Part shown: positions 48,971-62,886 of the stretch, one piece after another
How the letters are laid out: each line of letters starts with the position of its first letter
How positions within the stretch are numbered: position 1 is the first letter of the stretch
DNA from: Mobula hypostoma
Lineage: Eukaryota
NCBI RefSeq assembly: GCF_963921235.1
Contig: NC_086107.1
Location: forward strand, 94,552,001-94,616,000
DNA length: 64,000 nucleotides
Reading direction: 5' to 3'
Program-made: the position numbers and the translations under genes
Notes under the pieces: model-generated
What the model was told of the DNA's origin: nothing
What the model saw: the letters and a program-made list of their open reading frames with translations, nothing else
The model's database searches: none

Positions 48971-50437
48971 AAGATGTGTTCATGGACCGTTCAGAAATCT
49001 GATGGCGGCGGGGAATGAGATGTTCCTGAATAATTGAGGGTGGGTCTTCAGACTCCTGTGTCTCCTCCCCGAGGGAAGTAACGAGAAGAGGGCATGTTAC
49101 CATGATGGTAAGGGTTGTTAAAGGCAGATTGCCACCTTCTTGAGACATCTGCTCTTGAAGATATCCTGAAATGTAGGGAGGGTTATGCGCGAGTCTACAA
49201 CACTCTGCGATCCTGTGTGTTGGAGCCTTTGTAGAAGGCTGTCATTGCCACCATTCAGAATGCTCAGTCATTTGTGACAATTCCCAACGGCGTAGAGCCA
49301 CTGACCTGCCTTTTCTGTGAGTAAACCCGGGAAAAATGCTCTGAGACGCTAAACCAGGAACTTGAAGCTGCTCACCCTTTCCAGCACTGACCCATCAGTG
49401 AGGAACCGGTATGCCTTCTCCCATCTTCCCCCTCCCGAAGTCCACAATCAGTTCCTTGGTCTTGGTCTTACTGGTGCTGAGCACGAGGCTGTTGTTGCAA
49501 CACCACTCAGCCAAACAATCGATCTCACTTGTTGCCTGGGAAAGACAGGGAATCACATTCCAAGTTTTTGTTCACAATCTTGAAAGGGCTGGGTGGGGTA
49601 GATAAAACAAGACTTGTGAAACTTTGTACTGAATAATCAGCTGGAAAACAAACTCAAGCTTCTACAATGCTCTGTGGTTAAATTGTTCCTTATTGATGGT
49701 AGTATGACCCTCCCCTTTAAGGGCAGATCTCTTTGATCATTTTCTCCATCTGTTCCTGCAGACAGATTTCAATCAGCCTAATTAAAAGGGAAGTGTTTAA
49801 TAAGCATCAGCTATTTGTGGGCTGTGCTACTGAGTGTTGGCAGGTCCCTGGAACTGTCCGAGCCAAACCCAGTCTCATTTTGTCTAGCGTCTGTACCCAT
49901 GGTGTCTAGATCATAGAGACGGGCAGCACAGAATCAGGCCCTTCAGCCCATCATTCCGAAGATGATGGCCTGCAAGCCACATTTACTCTCATTGGTAAAT
50001 TGGTTTAAAGTTCTCACCTGTACTGAGATACAGTGAAAGACCTCTCTTGTGTATTGTTCATACAGATCAAATCATAACAATGGTACATTGAGGTAGAACA
50101 AGGTAAAGCAATAACAGAACATAGAATAAAGTGTTGCAGTTTCAGAGAAAGTGTTCCCAACCATTTTTTTTATCCATGGACTCCTACCATTAACTGAGGG
50201 GTCCATGGACTGCAGGTTGGGAACCCCTGCAGCCTGAACGTCTCCTATCCTTGTACCTGTTTTAGTACCTTTTAAATGTCATTAATGTACCTGCCTCAGC
50301 CACTTGCTCTGGCAGCCCATTCCATAGGCAGACCAAATTTTGCCTGGCTGTGGTACATATTAAATGTCTCCCCTCTCACCCCAAACCAGTGCCCTCGATT
50401 TCTCAGCTCTGGGGAAAAAGACTGTGCCTTCACCGTG

Positions 50438-51004
50438 CACTCAGTAACCACGTTATTAGGTACAGGAGGTGCCTAATAAACTGGCCTCTGTGTCTATGCT
50501 CATGGCCTTCTGCTGTTGTATCCTGTCCACTTCGAGGTTCGACATGTTGTGCATTCAGAGATGCTCTTCTGCACACCACTGTTGAAATGCATGGTTATCT
50601 GAGTTACTGTTCCCTTCCTGTCACTTAAACCAGTCTGGCAATTCTCCTCTGAACTTGCTTATTAACAAGTCATTTTCACCCACAGAAATGCCACTCACTG
50701 GATTTTTTTTTTGTTTTTTGCACCACTCTCTGTAAACTCTAGACACTGTTGCGCGTGAAAATCCCAGGAGATCAGCAGTTTCTGAGATACTCAAACCACC
50801 CTGTCTGGCACCAACAAGCCACTAAGTGCCAGTCACTTAGATCACATTTCTTCCCCATTCTGATGTATGGTCTGAACAACAACTGAACCTCTTGACCTTG
50901 TCTGCATGCTCTTATGCATTGAGTTTCTGCCAAATGATTGGCTAATTAGACATTTGTTTTAATGAGCAGGTGCATAGGTGTATCTAATAATGTGGCCACT
51001 GACT
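50438..51004 (-). mobile_element. Non-autonomous Tc1-like DNA transposon
   Basis: TIR-like ends cactcagt..ttattaggtac and ctaataatgtggccactga; decayed transposase HTH start. Confidence 0.8.
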
Positions 51005-51364
51005 TTGTTTATACACTGGTGTTTTCAAATGATTTGGTTGATTAAAATGATCTTTTGAATCTCACCCCGTAGCTTGTATATGAACCTAACGGGTTACCTG
51101 GACAAACACACGTTCACAGACTGGAATTTGAATTGAAATCAGTATTGTCACACGTACCGAGATACAGTGAAAAGCTTGTCTTGCATGCTGTAGAATGGAC
51201 AGTCACTTTGTCACAGAGGTTAGACTGTGAGGTCAAATCACCTCCCAACTCTACCTGACATGCACCTCTGTACATTCCCCAGCAGGAGGCAGCGGAGGGC
51301 AGCCTCTGCAACATAGTCTGGATGGTGCCCTTCCTCTCTGCAGTAATGCCCAGACAATTGTCGC

Positions 51365-51379
51365 GTTGCTATGGGCAAC
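51365..51379. promoter_or_regulatory. RFX X-box-like palindrome in unique sequence
   Basis: GTTGCT-ATG-GGCAAC. Confidence 0.45.
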
Positions 51380-52145
51380 CAGAGAAACAGGGATCTTTAA
51401 CTTCAGCTCACCTACTGAAGGGATAGTGATGGCCAATAATTAGAAAATAGGGATGTGATTTTACTGCTGATCACATTTCTATGTAATCTCGTCAACTGAG
51501 CACACAAAAGCTATACCAAATTCACGGACAGGGAGATGAGCTTTGACCATTCGCCCAGAGTGTGACAATTTTAATAAATTGCCTGTTACTTCAAACTCCA
51601 AATCTGCGTAGCATTTCTGTTTGAACGTAGAGCACAGAACAGTACAGCATTGTATGAGCCCTTTGGCCTCCAATGTTGTGCTGCCCTTTTGACCTACACC
51701 AAGATCAATCAAACCCTTCCCTCCTACACAGCCCAAAACCCTCCATTTTTTCTTACATCCATTTGCCTGTGTAAGAGCGTCTTAAATGTCTCTGTTGTTT
51801 CAGACTCTACCACCAAGGTCTGCCAGGCACCAACCACTTTGTGTAAAAAAAACCTATCTCTGACATTTCCCCAAAACGTTCCTCCACTCGCCTTAGAAAG
51901 ATATCCGCTGGTTTTTAGCCATTGCCACCCTGGGAAAAAGGCTCTGGCTGTCCACTCTATCAATGTCTCTTATCATCGGTATCAAGTCACCTCTCATCCT
52001 CCTTCACTCCAAAGAGAAAAAACTCAGTTTGCCCAACCTTTCCCCATAAGACATGTATGTTAGAGAGAAACTTGATGACAGTAAAACTAGGTTTTGATCG
52101 AAAAATGCTAGTTAAACTAAATAAGAAGCTAGGCCTTGATTCCTT

Positions 52146-52548
52146 CTAGGGGACCACAACCTCGTCGTAGGGTTTGGAGGCTTGCATACCTCATTGATCC
52201 GGAGAGCTACGTTGGCTGGAGTCAGGACTTTACACTTTGGCTCTTGGTAGGGTCACCCATGCCAAACAGGTCAAAGGGTAGAGGCCAGACTAAGAGTGGT
52301 CCACCGGTTCTCCAGGTTCAAGGGTTCAGCTCAGGGCTAACAACCCTGACTGGTAACAGGAACAGTGATGAAGAATCCTTCTACATCTGAGTGCGATAGT
52401 GTTCCCGAGTTTCCAGGACCTGCATGACTGACAGTAGTAAAAACCGAGAGGAAGCTACTGACACGATGAAGGAAGCCCTGAACACCACCAGAGATGGAGG
52501 ACCTTCATTGCTGCCCGAAACGCCAGTGGTGTAACAGGCCTAGAGTAA
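52146..52548 (+). mobile_element. Bipartite RTE-derived non-autonomous element
   Basis: RTE/Rex3-like 5' UTR (ggtagggtcacccatg..gccagactaagagtgg) joined to a W.TFIAA-type 3' end and a gagtaagta tail. Confidence 0.7.
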
Positions 52549-53334
52549 GTAGGACTCAATTATGGAATAAAATGATTGTCCACAAGTCTAACTTAGTTAA
52601 CAGTATTATAATAATAGTCGTACACAATAATATAATCAATTCCGGTGCCGTCGCTCTGCATTCCATGTGTCTACTTCAGAATCAGAGTCAGATTTATCGT
52701 CACTGACAAAAGTGAAACTTGTTTTTGAGCACTAGTACAGTGCAATACACAAAAATTACTATATAGTACATTATAGTAAGAAATTAAAAATAGTAAGGTA
52801 GTGCAAAAAGAGAACAAGATAGCGAGGTAGAAATTACCATAAAAAGTTACAATAAGAAAATATATAAAATAAACAAGTGGTGCAGAAAGAGAGTAGAATA
52901 GTGAGGTAGTGTTCATGGGCTCATGGACCGTTCAGAAATCTGATGGAGGAGGGGACGTAGCTGTTCTTAAGATGTTGAGTGTGAGTCTTCGGGCTCCTGT
53001 CCATCCTCCTTAGTGCTAGCAATGAAAAGAGGGATGCCTTGCTTACAAGTTGTTAGCACAATCCACATCCCCGCAAGATATTAGCCCTCGTGATCCTTTC
53101 CCCGACAACCACAACTAGTTACACAAAGGCTGACTCCTGGTCACCATTTAAATCGTTTCTGATGGGATCTTGCCATGCAGAAATGCATGCAGTAATGCAT
53201 GCAGTCATGGACAGTCATGGAGCACTACAGCACTAAGCTGGCCCTTCAGCCCATCTAGTCTGTGCCAAACTGCTGTTCTGCCTAGTTCCATCAATTTGCC
53301 CTACGTAACCCCCCCATCCATGTGCTTATCCAAA

Positions 53335-54272
53335 CTTCAAAGTTCAAAGTAAATTTATTATCCGTACATATATGTCACCATATACAACCCTGAGATTCAT
53401 TTTCTTGTGGGCATACTGAATAAATCCATAATATAATAATAACCTTAATAGAATCAATGAAAGAAGCACCAACTTGGGTGTTCAACCAGTGTGTGAAACA
53501 CAATAAACCATGCAAATACAAAAAAGAAAGAAATAATAAAACGTAAATAAATAATCAATAAATATCGAGAACATGAGATGAAGAGTCCTTGAAAGTGAAT
53601 CCATAGGTTGTGGGAACATTTCAATGATGGGGCAAGTGAAGTTGAGTGAAGGTATTCCCTTTGGTTCAAGAGCCCGATGGTTGAGGGTAAAAACTGTTCC
53701 TGAACCTGGTGGTGTGAGTCCTGACGCTCCTGATGGCAGCAGCAAGAAGAGAGCACGTCCTGGATGGTAGGGGTCCCTGATGATGGATGCTGTTTTCCTG
53801 TTGTTGTGGCACCATTCAACCAGATTTTCAATCTCCCTCCTACATGCTGATTTGCCACCAACTTTCATTCGGCCTACGACAGTGGTGTCGTCAGCAAACT
53901 TAAATATGTCATTGGAGCTGTGCTTTGCCTCACAGTCATAAGTGTGAAGTGAGTAGAGCAGGGGGCTAAGCACACAGCCTTGTGGTTCACCTGCGCTGAT
54001 GGAGATTGTGGGGAAGATGTTGCTGTCAATCCAAACTCACTGAGGTCTGCAAGTGAGGAAATCCAGGATCCAATCGCACAAGGAGGTATTGAGGCCTAGG
54101 TCTTGGAGCTTATTAATTAGTTTTGAGGGGGGTGATAGTATTGAATGCTGAGTTGTAGTCGATAAAGAGCATCCTGATGTATGCATCCTTGCTGACCAGA
54201 TATTCCCGAGTTGAGTGAAGAGCCAGTGAGATGGCATCTGCTGTGGACCTGTTGTCTCCTTAGGCAAACTGG
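53335..54272 (-). mobile_element. Rex1/Babar-like LINE fragment
   Basis: LSPLLYSL..IFKFADDTTVVG (ORF 53482-53973). Confidence 0.85.
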
Positions 54273-54274
54273 TA

Positions 54275-54890
54275 AGCAAACTTCTCTTAAGTGTTGAAGT
54301 TGAACCCACATCAACCACTTCTGCTGGTAGTTCATTCCACATCCTCAGTTCCTCCTTAAACATTTCACCTTTCACCCTTAACTTACAACGTCTGGTTCTA
54401 GTCTCAACCACCTCAATGAAAAAACTCTGCTTGCATTAACCCTATCTATACTCCTCATGATTGTGTGTACCTCTATCAAATCTTCCCTCATTCTACACTC
54501 TAGGGAATAAAGTACTAACTTTCCCTATAACTCAATTCCTGGTAACATCTCTGCACTCTTTCAAGCTTATTGTTATATTTCCAGTAGGTAGGTGACTAGA
54601 TCTACACACAATACTTCAAATTAAGTCTCATCAACACCTCATATAACCTCAACAAAACATCCCAACTCCTGTATTCAGTGCCCTAATTTATGAAGGACAA
54701 TGTTCCAGAAGCTTTCCTTATGATCCTAGCTACCTGTGACGCAACTTTCAAGGAATTATGGGTCTGTATTCCCAGATCCCTCTGTTCTGCTGATCTCCTC
54801 AGTGCATTAATGTTCATTATTAAGTTCTATCCTGGTTTGACCCCTCAAAGTGCAACACCTCACACTTATCTGCATTAAATTCCATCTGCC
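54275..54890 (-). mobile_element. CR1 3' fragment
   Basis: Decayed RDLGIQ.HNSLKVA and LMRLNLKYC motifs. Confidence 0.75.
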
Positions 54891-54950
54891 TGATACACCA
54901 CCTTCTAGGAATTCTAAACCTGTTTGACCTGAAACAATCGATAGATGACT

Positions 54951-55165
54951 AGCAACACACACAAGGTGCTGGTGGAACGCAGCAGGCCAGGCAGCATCTC
55001 TGGGAAGAGGTGTAGTCGATGTTTCAGGCCGAGACCCTTCGTCAGGACTCGGCCTGAAACTTCGACTGTACCTCTTCCCATAGATGCTGCCTGGCCTACT
55101 GCGTTCCACCAGCATTTTGTGTGTGTTGCTTGAATTTCCAGCATCTGCAGATTTCTTCGTGTTTG
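54951..55165. repeat. Fold-back PLE repeat with hammerhead sequence at the turn
   Basis: Arms at about 54951-55033 and 55048-55130. Similar structures at 55485-55715 and 60171-60287. Confidence 0.85.
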
Positions 55166-56074
55166 CATTGATAGACGACTTGTTTGGTTTCAAACTGTAT
55201 CTGAACAAAGGTATTTTTTTCTGTGGAAGACGATAGCCTGTGGAGCTGTGGAGGGAGGTGCTGACGGAACAGGTTCAGTTGCATTGTGTGGTCCACTGGA
55301 AGGACACAGACATTTCTGCTTAACAGAGGGTTCAACAAAATGACAAAGCCTCTCACGGCTTTTCCATACTAACTGCATTCCTGTCAGGTCCTTTATTTCA
55401 TTACTGAGCTGGCCAGCAGGGGGACCAAGGTGCTTGTTAAAGCACCAAACTAGGTATAAAGTCACCCGGTTAACCAAAGTTTCTTAAACAAGAGATTCTG
55501 CAGATACTGGAAATCCAGAGTAACGCACATAAAATGATGGAGGAACTCAGCAGGCCAGCAACATCTACAGAGAGGAGTAAAGTGTCGACATTTCGGATTG
55601 AAATCTTTCATCAGGACCTGTCAACCAGTTGTGAAAGACCCCGGCCCAAAACGTCGACTGTTTATTTCTCTCTAAAGATGCTGCCTGATATTCTGAGCAT
55701 TTTGCGTGTGTTGCCAATGTTCCTTGTCCATTCACTTGCTAATGAAATCAGCTTGTTGTGACACTGACCAATGCATCAAAACGGCAAGAATGTGATAAGG
55801 AAAAGTAAAAAAGCAAAATTACAGATTAGCTTTATTTGTCACATGTACACTGAAACATAGAGTGAAATGTGTCGTTTGCATCAACAACCAATACAATCCG
55901 AGGATGTGCTGGGGGCAGCCCACAAGTGTCACCACGCTTCCAGCTCCAACGTAGCGTGCCCATAGCTTACTAATCCTAACCCGTACATCTTTGGAATGTA
56001 GGAGGAATCCCGTGCACCCCGAGGAAAAACGTGGCCACAGGGAAAACCTTAAAGACAGCAGCAGGAATTGAACA

Positions 56075-56635
56075 GTGGTGCCCTTGAATGGAAAATCCTA
56101 CAAGAAGTATTGGTATACAGCCCAGTCCATCACGGGCAGAGTCCTCCCCTCCATTGAGTATATCTACACGAAGCACTGTCACAGGAAAGCAGCGTCTATC
56201 GTCAGGGCCCCCCGTCCAGGTCAGTCATGCTCTCTTTTCGCTGCTGCTATCAGGAAGAAGACAGAGGAGTCTTAGGTCCCACACCATCAGACTCAGGAAT
56301 TACCCCTCAATCATCAGACTCTTGAACCAGAGAGGATAACTTCATTCAACTTCACTTGCACCATCACTGAACTGTTCCCACAACTTATGGTCTCACTTTC
56401 AAGGACTCTTCATCTCATGTTCTCTATTTATTGTTTATTTATTTATTTGTTTTTGTATTTGCACAGTTTGTTGTCTTTTGCACACTGGTTGAAAGCCCAA
56501 GTTGGACAGTCTTTCATTGATTCTGTTATGGTTATTATTCTATAGATTTATTGAGTATGCCCACAAGACAATGAATCAGGGTTGTATATGGTGACATATA
56601 TGTACTTTGATAATAAATTTATTTTGAACTTTGAA
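56075..56635 (+). mobile_element. Rex1/Babar-like 3' fragment
   Basis: TAQSITG..RKAASI..LSGRR motifs and the same 3' UTR as at 30930-31345. Confidence 0.8.
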
Positions 56636-56869
56636 CCTTGAGCTTTGGTACTGTGAAGTGTTACGCTAATAGCTATGCTGCCGTGCAAAATCAGCTGGTT
56701 ATCAATGTTTCCTGTCAACTCTCTTGCCAATGGAACCAGCTTCTATTAACATTGACAGATGCATTAAAATGGTGAGACTATGATAGGGAAAGGTAGAAAG
56801 TAAAGGGGAGGGAGAATTCAGGCCAGGCATCAACCATCAGTAGTCCACAACAAGACACCGAGACTGGAA

Positions 56870-59205
56870 GATAGTGTCGGGCTTAGAGGGCATGAGCTGT
56901 AAGAGAGGTTGGACAAAACTTGGGTTGTTTTCTCTAGAATGTAATCTCTAGAACGGAATAATCAGCCAGAATCTTCGTCTCAAGGTCCAAATCTCTAATA
57001 CCAGAGGGCATACATTTAAGGTGAAAGGGGGAAGGGTCAAAGGAGATGTGAGGGGCACATGTTTTACACAACGAGGGGTGGGTGCCTGGAATGCACTGCC
57101 AGGGTTGGTAGTGGAGGCAGATGCAACAGAGGTATTTAAGGGGTTCTTGGATAGACACGTGATATGCAAAGATCGGAGGGATGTTTACATTGGGCAGGCA
57201 GAAGGGGTTTGTTTGCTTAGACATTTAGTTACCATTTGCCTCAACATCATGAGCTGAAGGGCCTGTGCCTGTGCTGTGCTGTCACAGAGCATCACTGAAT
57301 GGATTTCGGCCCATCTAGTCCGTGCTGACCTATTTTTTGACTAGTCCCATCTACCTGTGCCTGGAATATATCCCCCCATAATCTCTCCCATCCGTGTTCC
57401 CTTTGCAAACTTCTCTTAAGACTTCTCTGTAGTACTATGGGCAGTTTTGGGCTCCTTATTTAAGAAAGGATGTGCTGACGTTGGAGAGGGTTCAGAGAAA
57501 GTTCACTAGAATGATTCCGGGAATGAGAGGGTTAACATATGAGGAACGTTTGTCCGCTCTTGGACTGTATTCCTTGGAGTTTAGAAGAATGAGGGGGGAC
57601 CTCATAGAAACATTTCGAATGTTGAAAGGCATGGACAGAGTGGGTGTGGCAAAATTGTTTCCCATATGGTGGGGGAGTCTAGTACGAGAGGGCATGACTT
57701 AAGGATTGAAGGGCGCCCATTCAGAACAGAAATGTGAAAAAAAATTTTTAGCCAGAGGGTGGTGAATCTATGGAATTTGTTGCCACGGGCGGCAGTGGAG
57801 GCCAAGTCATTGGGTGTATTTAAGGCAGAGATTGATAGGTATCTGAGTAGCCAGGGCATCAAAGGTTATAGTGAGAAGGCAGGGGAGTGGGACTAAATGG
57901 GAGAATGGATCAGCTCATGATAAAATGGCGGAGCAGACTGGATGGGCCAAATGGCCGACTTCTGCTCCTTTGTCTTATGGTATAAATGTACTTGTAGTGG
58001 TGTTGATCACTTCCACTGGCAGCTAGCTCCAGTCTCTGAGTGAAGAAGCTCCACCTCGGGTTTCCCTTAAACATTTCACCCTTCACCCTAAACTAGGGTT
58101 GCCAACTTTCTCACTCCCAAGTAAGGGACAAAAGTAGCAGTCAAATACGGGACACTTGTATTTACCCCGAGAAAGACTACCATGACCATGAAACCTTGTG
58201 CGGGCACCTGTGTGCGCATGCGTGCCGTGCACATACATGACGTGCGCATGCGTGAACATGCCTATTTTTTTCCATAAATCGGTTTTGGCTTAATCTTCCT
58301 GATTCTGTTAAGTGAAACTACACTGTACATACATTATTTCTACTTTATATAGTCTGTGTATTTATCATATCATTCCTGCTTTTACTATATGTTAGTGTTA
58401 TTTTAGGTTTTATGTGTTATTTGGTATGATTTGATAGGTTATTTTTTGGGTCTGGGAACGCTCAAAAATTTTTCCCATATAAATTAATGGTAATTGCTTC
58501 TTCGCTTTACGCCATTTTGGCTTACGAACGGTTTCATAGGAACGCTCTACCTTAGCGGGGGGAATACGGGTCAAGTGCAGTCCCATATGGGACAAACCAA
58601 TTTAGCCTAATATATGGGATGTCCCGGCTAATACAGGACAGTTGGCAACCCTACCCTAAACCTATGACCTCTAGTTGTTGTCCCACCCAACCTCTGTGGA
58701 AAAAGCCTGCTTGTATTTACCCTATCCGTACCTCTCATAATTTTGTATACCCTCGTTCTTTCACACTCCAGGGAATAAAGTTCTAAGCTATTCAGTCTTT
58801 CCTTATAACTCAGGACCTCAAGCCCCAGCAACATTCTTGTAAATTTTCCCTGTACTCTTTCAAGATCATTGACATCCTTCCTGTCGGTAGGTGACCAAGA
58901 CTGCACACAATACTCCAAAATAGGTCTCACCAACATATTATACAACTTCAACATAACATTTTAACTCCTGGATTCAATGCCCTAATCTAGGAAGGCCAAT
59001 GTACCGAAAGTTCTCTTTACGACCCTATCTACTCGTGACTGTACTTTCAAGGAATTATGGATTTGTATTCCCAGATCCCTCTGTTCTACCATACTCCTGA
59101 GTGCCCTATCGTTCACTATGTAAGTTCTACCCTGGTTTGTCCTGCCAAAGTGCAGCACCCCACACTTGTCTGCATTAAATTCCATCTACCATTCTTAGCC
59201 CATTT
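56870..59205. mobile_element. Mosaic of CR1 3' fragments in both orientations
   Basis: ORFs 57021-57257 (+), 57472-57702 (+), 58628-58954 (-) and 58982-59185 (-) carry CR1 C-terminal motifs. Confidence 0.85.
58094..58653. mobile_element. hAT-family MITE (560 bp)
   Basis: Perfect 14-bp TIR tagggttgccaact/agttggcaacccta and perfect 8-bp TSD ccctaaac (58086-58093, 58654-58661). Inserted in a CR1. Confidence 0.95.
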
Positions 59206-61039
59206 TTCTGTCCTGTGTTCCAACTCAGTGGGTCAGGCGGTGTCTACAGAGGGAAAAAATATAGACACAGGAGGTACTGCAGATCCTGGAAATCTAGAGC
59301 AATACATACAATGTGCTGGAGGACCTCAGCGGGTCAGGTAGCAACCGTGGTTGGGAATAAACAATTGATGTTTCGGGCCAAGACCCTCCATCAGGGCTGG
59401 AAAGGGAGGAGGGAGAAGTCAGAATAAGAAAGTGGGGGGAGGGGAGGAAGAAGTACAAGATGGCAGGTGATAGGTGAAACCGGGAGAGGGGGACAAATGA
59501 AGTAAAGAGCTGGGAAGTCAACTGGTGAAAGAGATAAATGGCTGGAGAAGGTGGGTATCTGATAGGAGGGGACAGAAGACCAAGGAAGAGAGGGAAGGGG
59601 AGGAGCACCAGAGGGAGGTGATGAGCAAGCAAGGTGAGAAGGTGTGACAGAGGAACAAGAATGGGAAAAATATCTTTACATTTTTCCCTGCAGATGCTGC
59701 CTGACCTCCTGAGTTTTTCCAGCTTCCTGTGTGTTGCTCCAGATTCCAGCATCTGCAGACCGTTCCATAAATCAGAAAAAAAAAACTCTGTCCATCAACA
59801 TGCTGGGGGCTCGTGGTGCCAAACCAATAGATTTGGGACACCAAAGCGGAATAACATCCAACAGTTATTAATATTAATACCCCCACTGCTGATATACAAC
59901 AATGTAATAAATTTTCCAGTGCACATGGTGAGTTTCAAGGGGACTAGAACTAAGTGTCCTCGGTATGGCAACATTACAACCACTTTGCCCTACATAGACA
60001 TTCTTTTGTTTCCATCTTGTTCTTTTTTATATAATTTTGTTCAATTCGTGTTTAATTTGTGTCTTTTTCCCCTATCTGATGCTCTGTGGCCCGTGATGCT
60101 GCTGCAAGTAAATTTTTCGTTGTACCCATGCAGACCCAAGACCTTAAGACATATGAGCAGAATTAGACCAACACACACAAAATACTGGAGGAACTCAGCA
60201 GGCCAGGCAGCATCTACGGAAAAGAGTGAACTTTTTTTCCATAGATGCAGCCTGGCCTGCAGAGTTCCTCCAGCATTTTGTGTGTGTGCTGCTCGGCTTT
60301 CCAGCACCTGCAGATTTTCTCTTGTTTGTGACCAGAATTAGACCATTTATTTAATTATGGCTGATTTATTTTTTCTCTCAACCCCATCCTCCTGCATTCT
60401 CCCCGTCACCTTTGACGTCCTGACTAATTAAGGACTAGTGCCTGCGCATATAACGATAAACTCAAATTTGACCTGTTTTTTTGACAAGTTTTTTTTTCTG
60501 ATTTATGGAACAGATTGCAGATCAGCAGGTCAGGCAGAATTTAAGGGAAGGTGTTGGGGGGGGGAGGAATCGGGGACCCTGCTGTGTGGGAGGGAATGAG
60601 GAAAACACACTACATTGTGCTGAAGGGTGTGCAGGGAAATAGTGAACCATTGGGACCCTCGTTCTCCAGGAAATGCCCTACTACCATTGGGGAGGAGGTA
60701 CAGGAGCCTGAAGGCGCGCACTCAAAGACTCCTGGCTATCACGAGCGGTCCACGGTCTCTGATTGACTGTTATTTATATAATAAAGTCCTCCGGGGAAGT
60801 CAAAGCCCTGGGTGAGCAGCCCCAAGTCCATGTCCGGTGGAGGCCCGATCTGGGGTTAAAGGACTGTGTACGTGTGTGGGTGGGCGGAAGGAAAGGGGGC
60901 TTGTTGTTGCTGTTGTTTTGTTGCTGGCTTGTGCTCTGTGCTGTTTTGCTGAACGTGGTGGGCACGCTATGTGGGTGCCGGAATGTGAGGCGGCTCTTGC
61001 GGGATGCTCGATGGCGCAAACGGCGCATTCCACTGTCAC

Positions 61040-61570
61040 GTGCTGGTTGTCCGTCGTGTCCGATGACGACGGGGAAACCCATCCAAGCGAGTTTTTCGAA
61101 TGGAAAAGCCATTGCACTGTGGGGCAATCCCACTCTCTCGACCTCAGAAGTCCAAGTCCAGTGGTACGAACAAGCGTCACAAACTGGGGTCTTTCTTGGT
61201 TGCAGTGGATGACCATGACGTCTTCTGTACCTTGTCCTGCTCTCTGCGGACCGTTGTAGTACACCTTCCTGGCCATTGGACCTCACTGTAGATCTCATCC
61301 GCCGAGTCTACGAGAGCTGTCTTCGTACGCTGGGACAGGCATGTCCCTATCTCACTGGGGTATGAGGCCTCCAGCTACCCTCACCTGGTTTAGCCCGCTT
61401 GTCGAGGCGGTGTACCAGGATGTGGCCGCTGTCACATGCAAACAGCTACTTGGAGCCAGAGGTGAGAGCTGAGCGTCTGGTTGGGGGACCAAAGGTGAGT
61501 TAGGTGCCCCGGAATGGACACAACAAATCCCCTCACCAGAGGTGCTACCCCGCCCTCCCTGGACACTCCA
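61040..61570 (-). mobile_element. RTE 5'-UTR-like non-autonomous element
   Basis: CpG-retaining insert in a SINE tail, homologous to 61847-62154 (ccccagtgagatagggaca shared). Confidence 0.6.
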
Positions 61571-61846
61571 TATACCCCAAGGTTCAATGTACACATGACA
61601 AATAAACTTGAATCTTAAATCACAGAGAAAGAGAGTCCCACAGCACAAAAACAGGCCCTTCAGCCCAACTGATCAAGTAACCAATCTACAGCAGTCCCAC
61701 GTGCTTGCATTTGGCCCATAACCCTCTAAACCAGGGGTTCTCAACCTTTTTTTTATGCCAGGCACCAATACCATTAACCAAGTCCATTGAACTGCTGCAG
61801 TCTGAACCTTTCCCATCCTTGCACCTGTTTAAGTACCTTTGAAATG

Positions 61847-62154
61847 AGGGTAACTGGGTACCTCCAACCCCAGTGAGATAGGGACAGCCTACCCCAGCAT
61901 GTGAAGCCAGTTCTGGCTGTCTGGGCAGAGGAGACCATCTACAAGATCTAATGACCAGGAAGGTGGAGAGCGAGGGGCACGACAAGGACAGAAGGCGTCA
62001 TGGCTATCTACTGCATCCCAGGAAGTCTCCAGTCATGACGATTCCTCATACCATTGCCAAAGTTTTTCAGGCCGAGAGAGTGGAACTGCCCTGGTGCAAG
62101 GGATTTTTCATTATCAAACAGGTTACGGCCTCATCAGGAACAGCAGACACCAAC
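61847..62154 (+). mobile_element. Truncated copy of the same RTE-like element with 12-bp TSD
   Basis: acctttgaaatg (61835-61846) and accttttaaatg (62155-62166). The empty site is at 50267-50278. Confidence 0.8.
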
Positions 62155-62319
62155 ACCTTTTAAATGTCATCAATGTACACTTCCTCTAGCAGCCCATTCC
62201 ACAGACCCACTAGGTGAAAAAATTTGCTTGGCAGGTACATATTAAATGTCTCCCCTCTCACCCTCAACCAGTGCCGTCGATTTCTCAGCTCTGGGGAAAA
62301 AGACTGTGCCTTCACCGTG

Positions 62320-62886
62320 CTCTCAGTAACCACGTTATTAGGTACAGGAGGTGCCTAATAAACTGGCCTCTGTGTCTATGCTCTTGGCCTTCTGCTGTTG
62401 TAGCCCGTCCACTTCAAGCTTTGACCTGTTGTGCATTCAGAGATACCCTTCTGCACACCATTGTTGTAACACGTTTATTTGAGTTACTGTCACCTTTCTG
62501 TCAACTTGAACCAATCTGGCCATTCTCCTCTGACCTTTCTCATTCACAAGACATTTTCACCCACAGAACTGCGACTCGATGGATGTTTTTCTTTTGTTTC
62601 ACACCATTCTCTGTAAACTCTAGAGACTTGTGTGTGAAAATCCTAGGAGATCAGCTGTTTCTGAGATACTCAAACCACCCCATCTGGCACCAACAATCAT
62701 TCCACTGTCAAAGTCACTTAGATCACATTTCTTCCCCATTCTGATGTTTGGTCTGAACAACAACTGAACCTCTTGACAATGTCTGCATGCTTTTATGCAT
62801 TGAGTTGCTGCCATGTGATTGGCTGATTAAGTATTTGCATTAATGAGCAGGTACACGGGTGGACCTGATTAAGTGGTCACTGAATG
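62320..62886 (-). mobile_element. Non-autonomous Tc1-like DNA transposon
   Basis: ORF 62620-62814 contains MGKKCDLSDFDSGMIVGAR..SISETADLLGFS (Tc1 paired-like HTH). TIR-like ends, with TA on the right. Confidence 0.85.

Noticed and set aside
60763..61298. Overlapping ORFs of 140-174 aa
   Set aside because: They span a SINE/RTE-UTR junction and show no protein motif.
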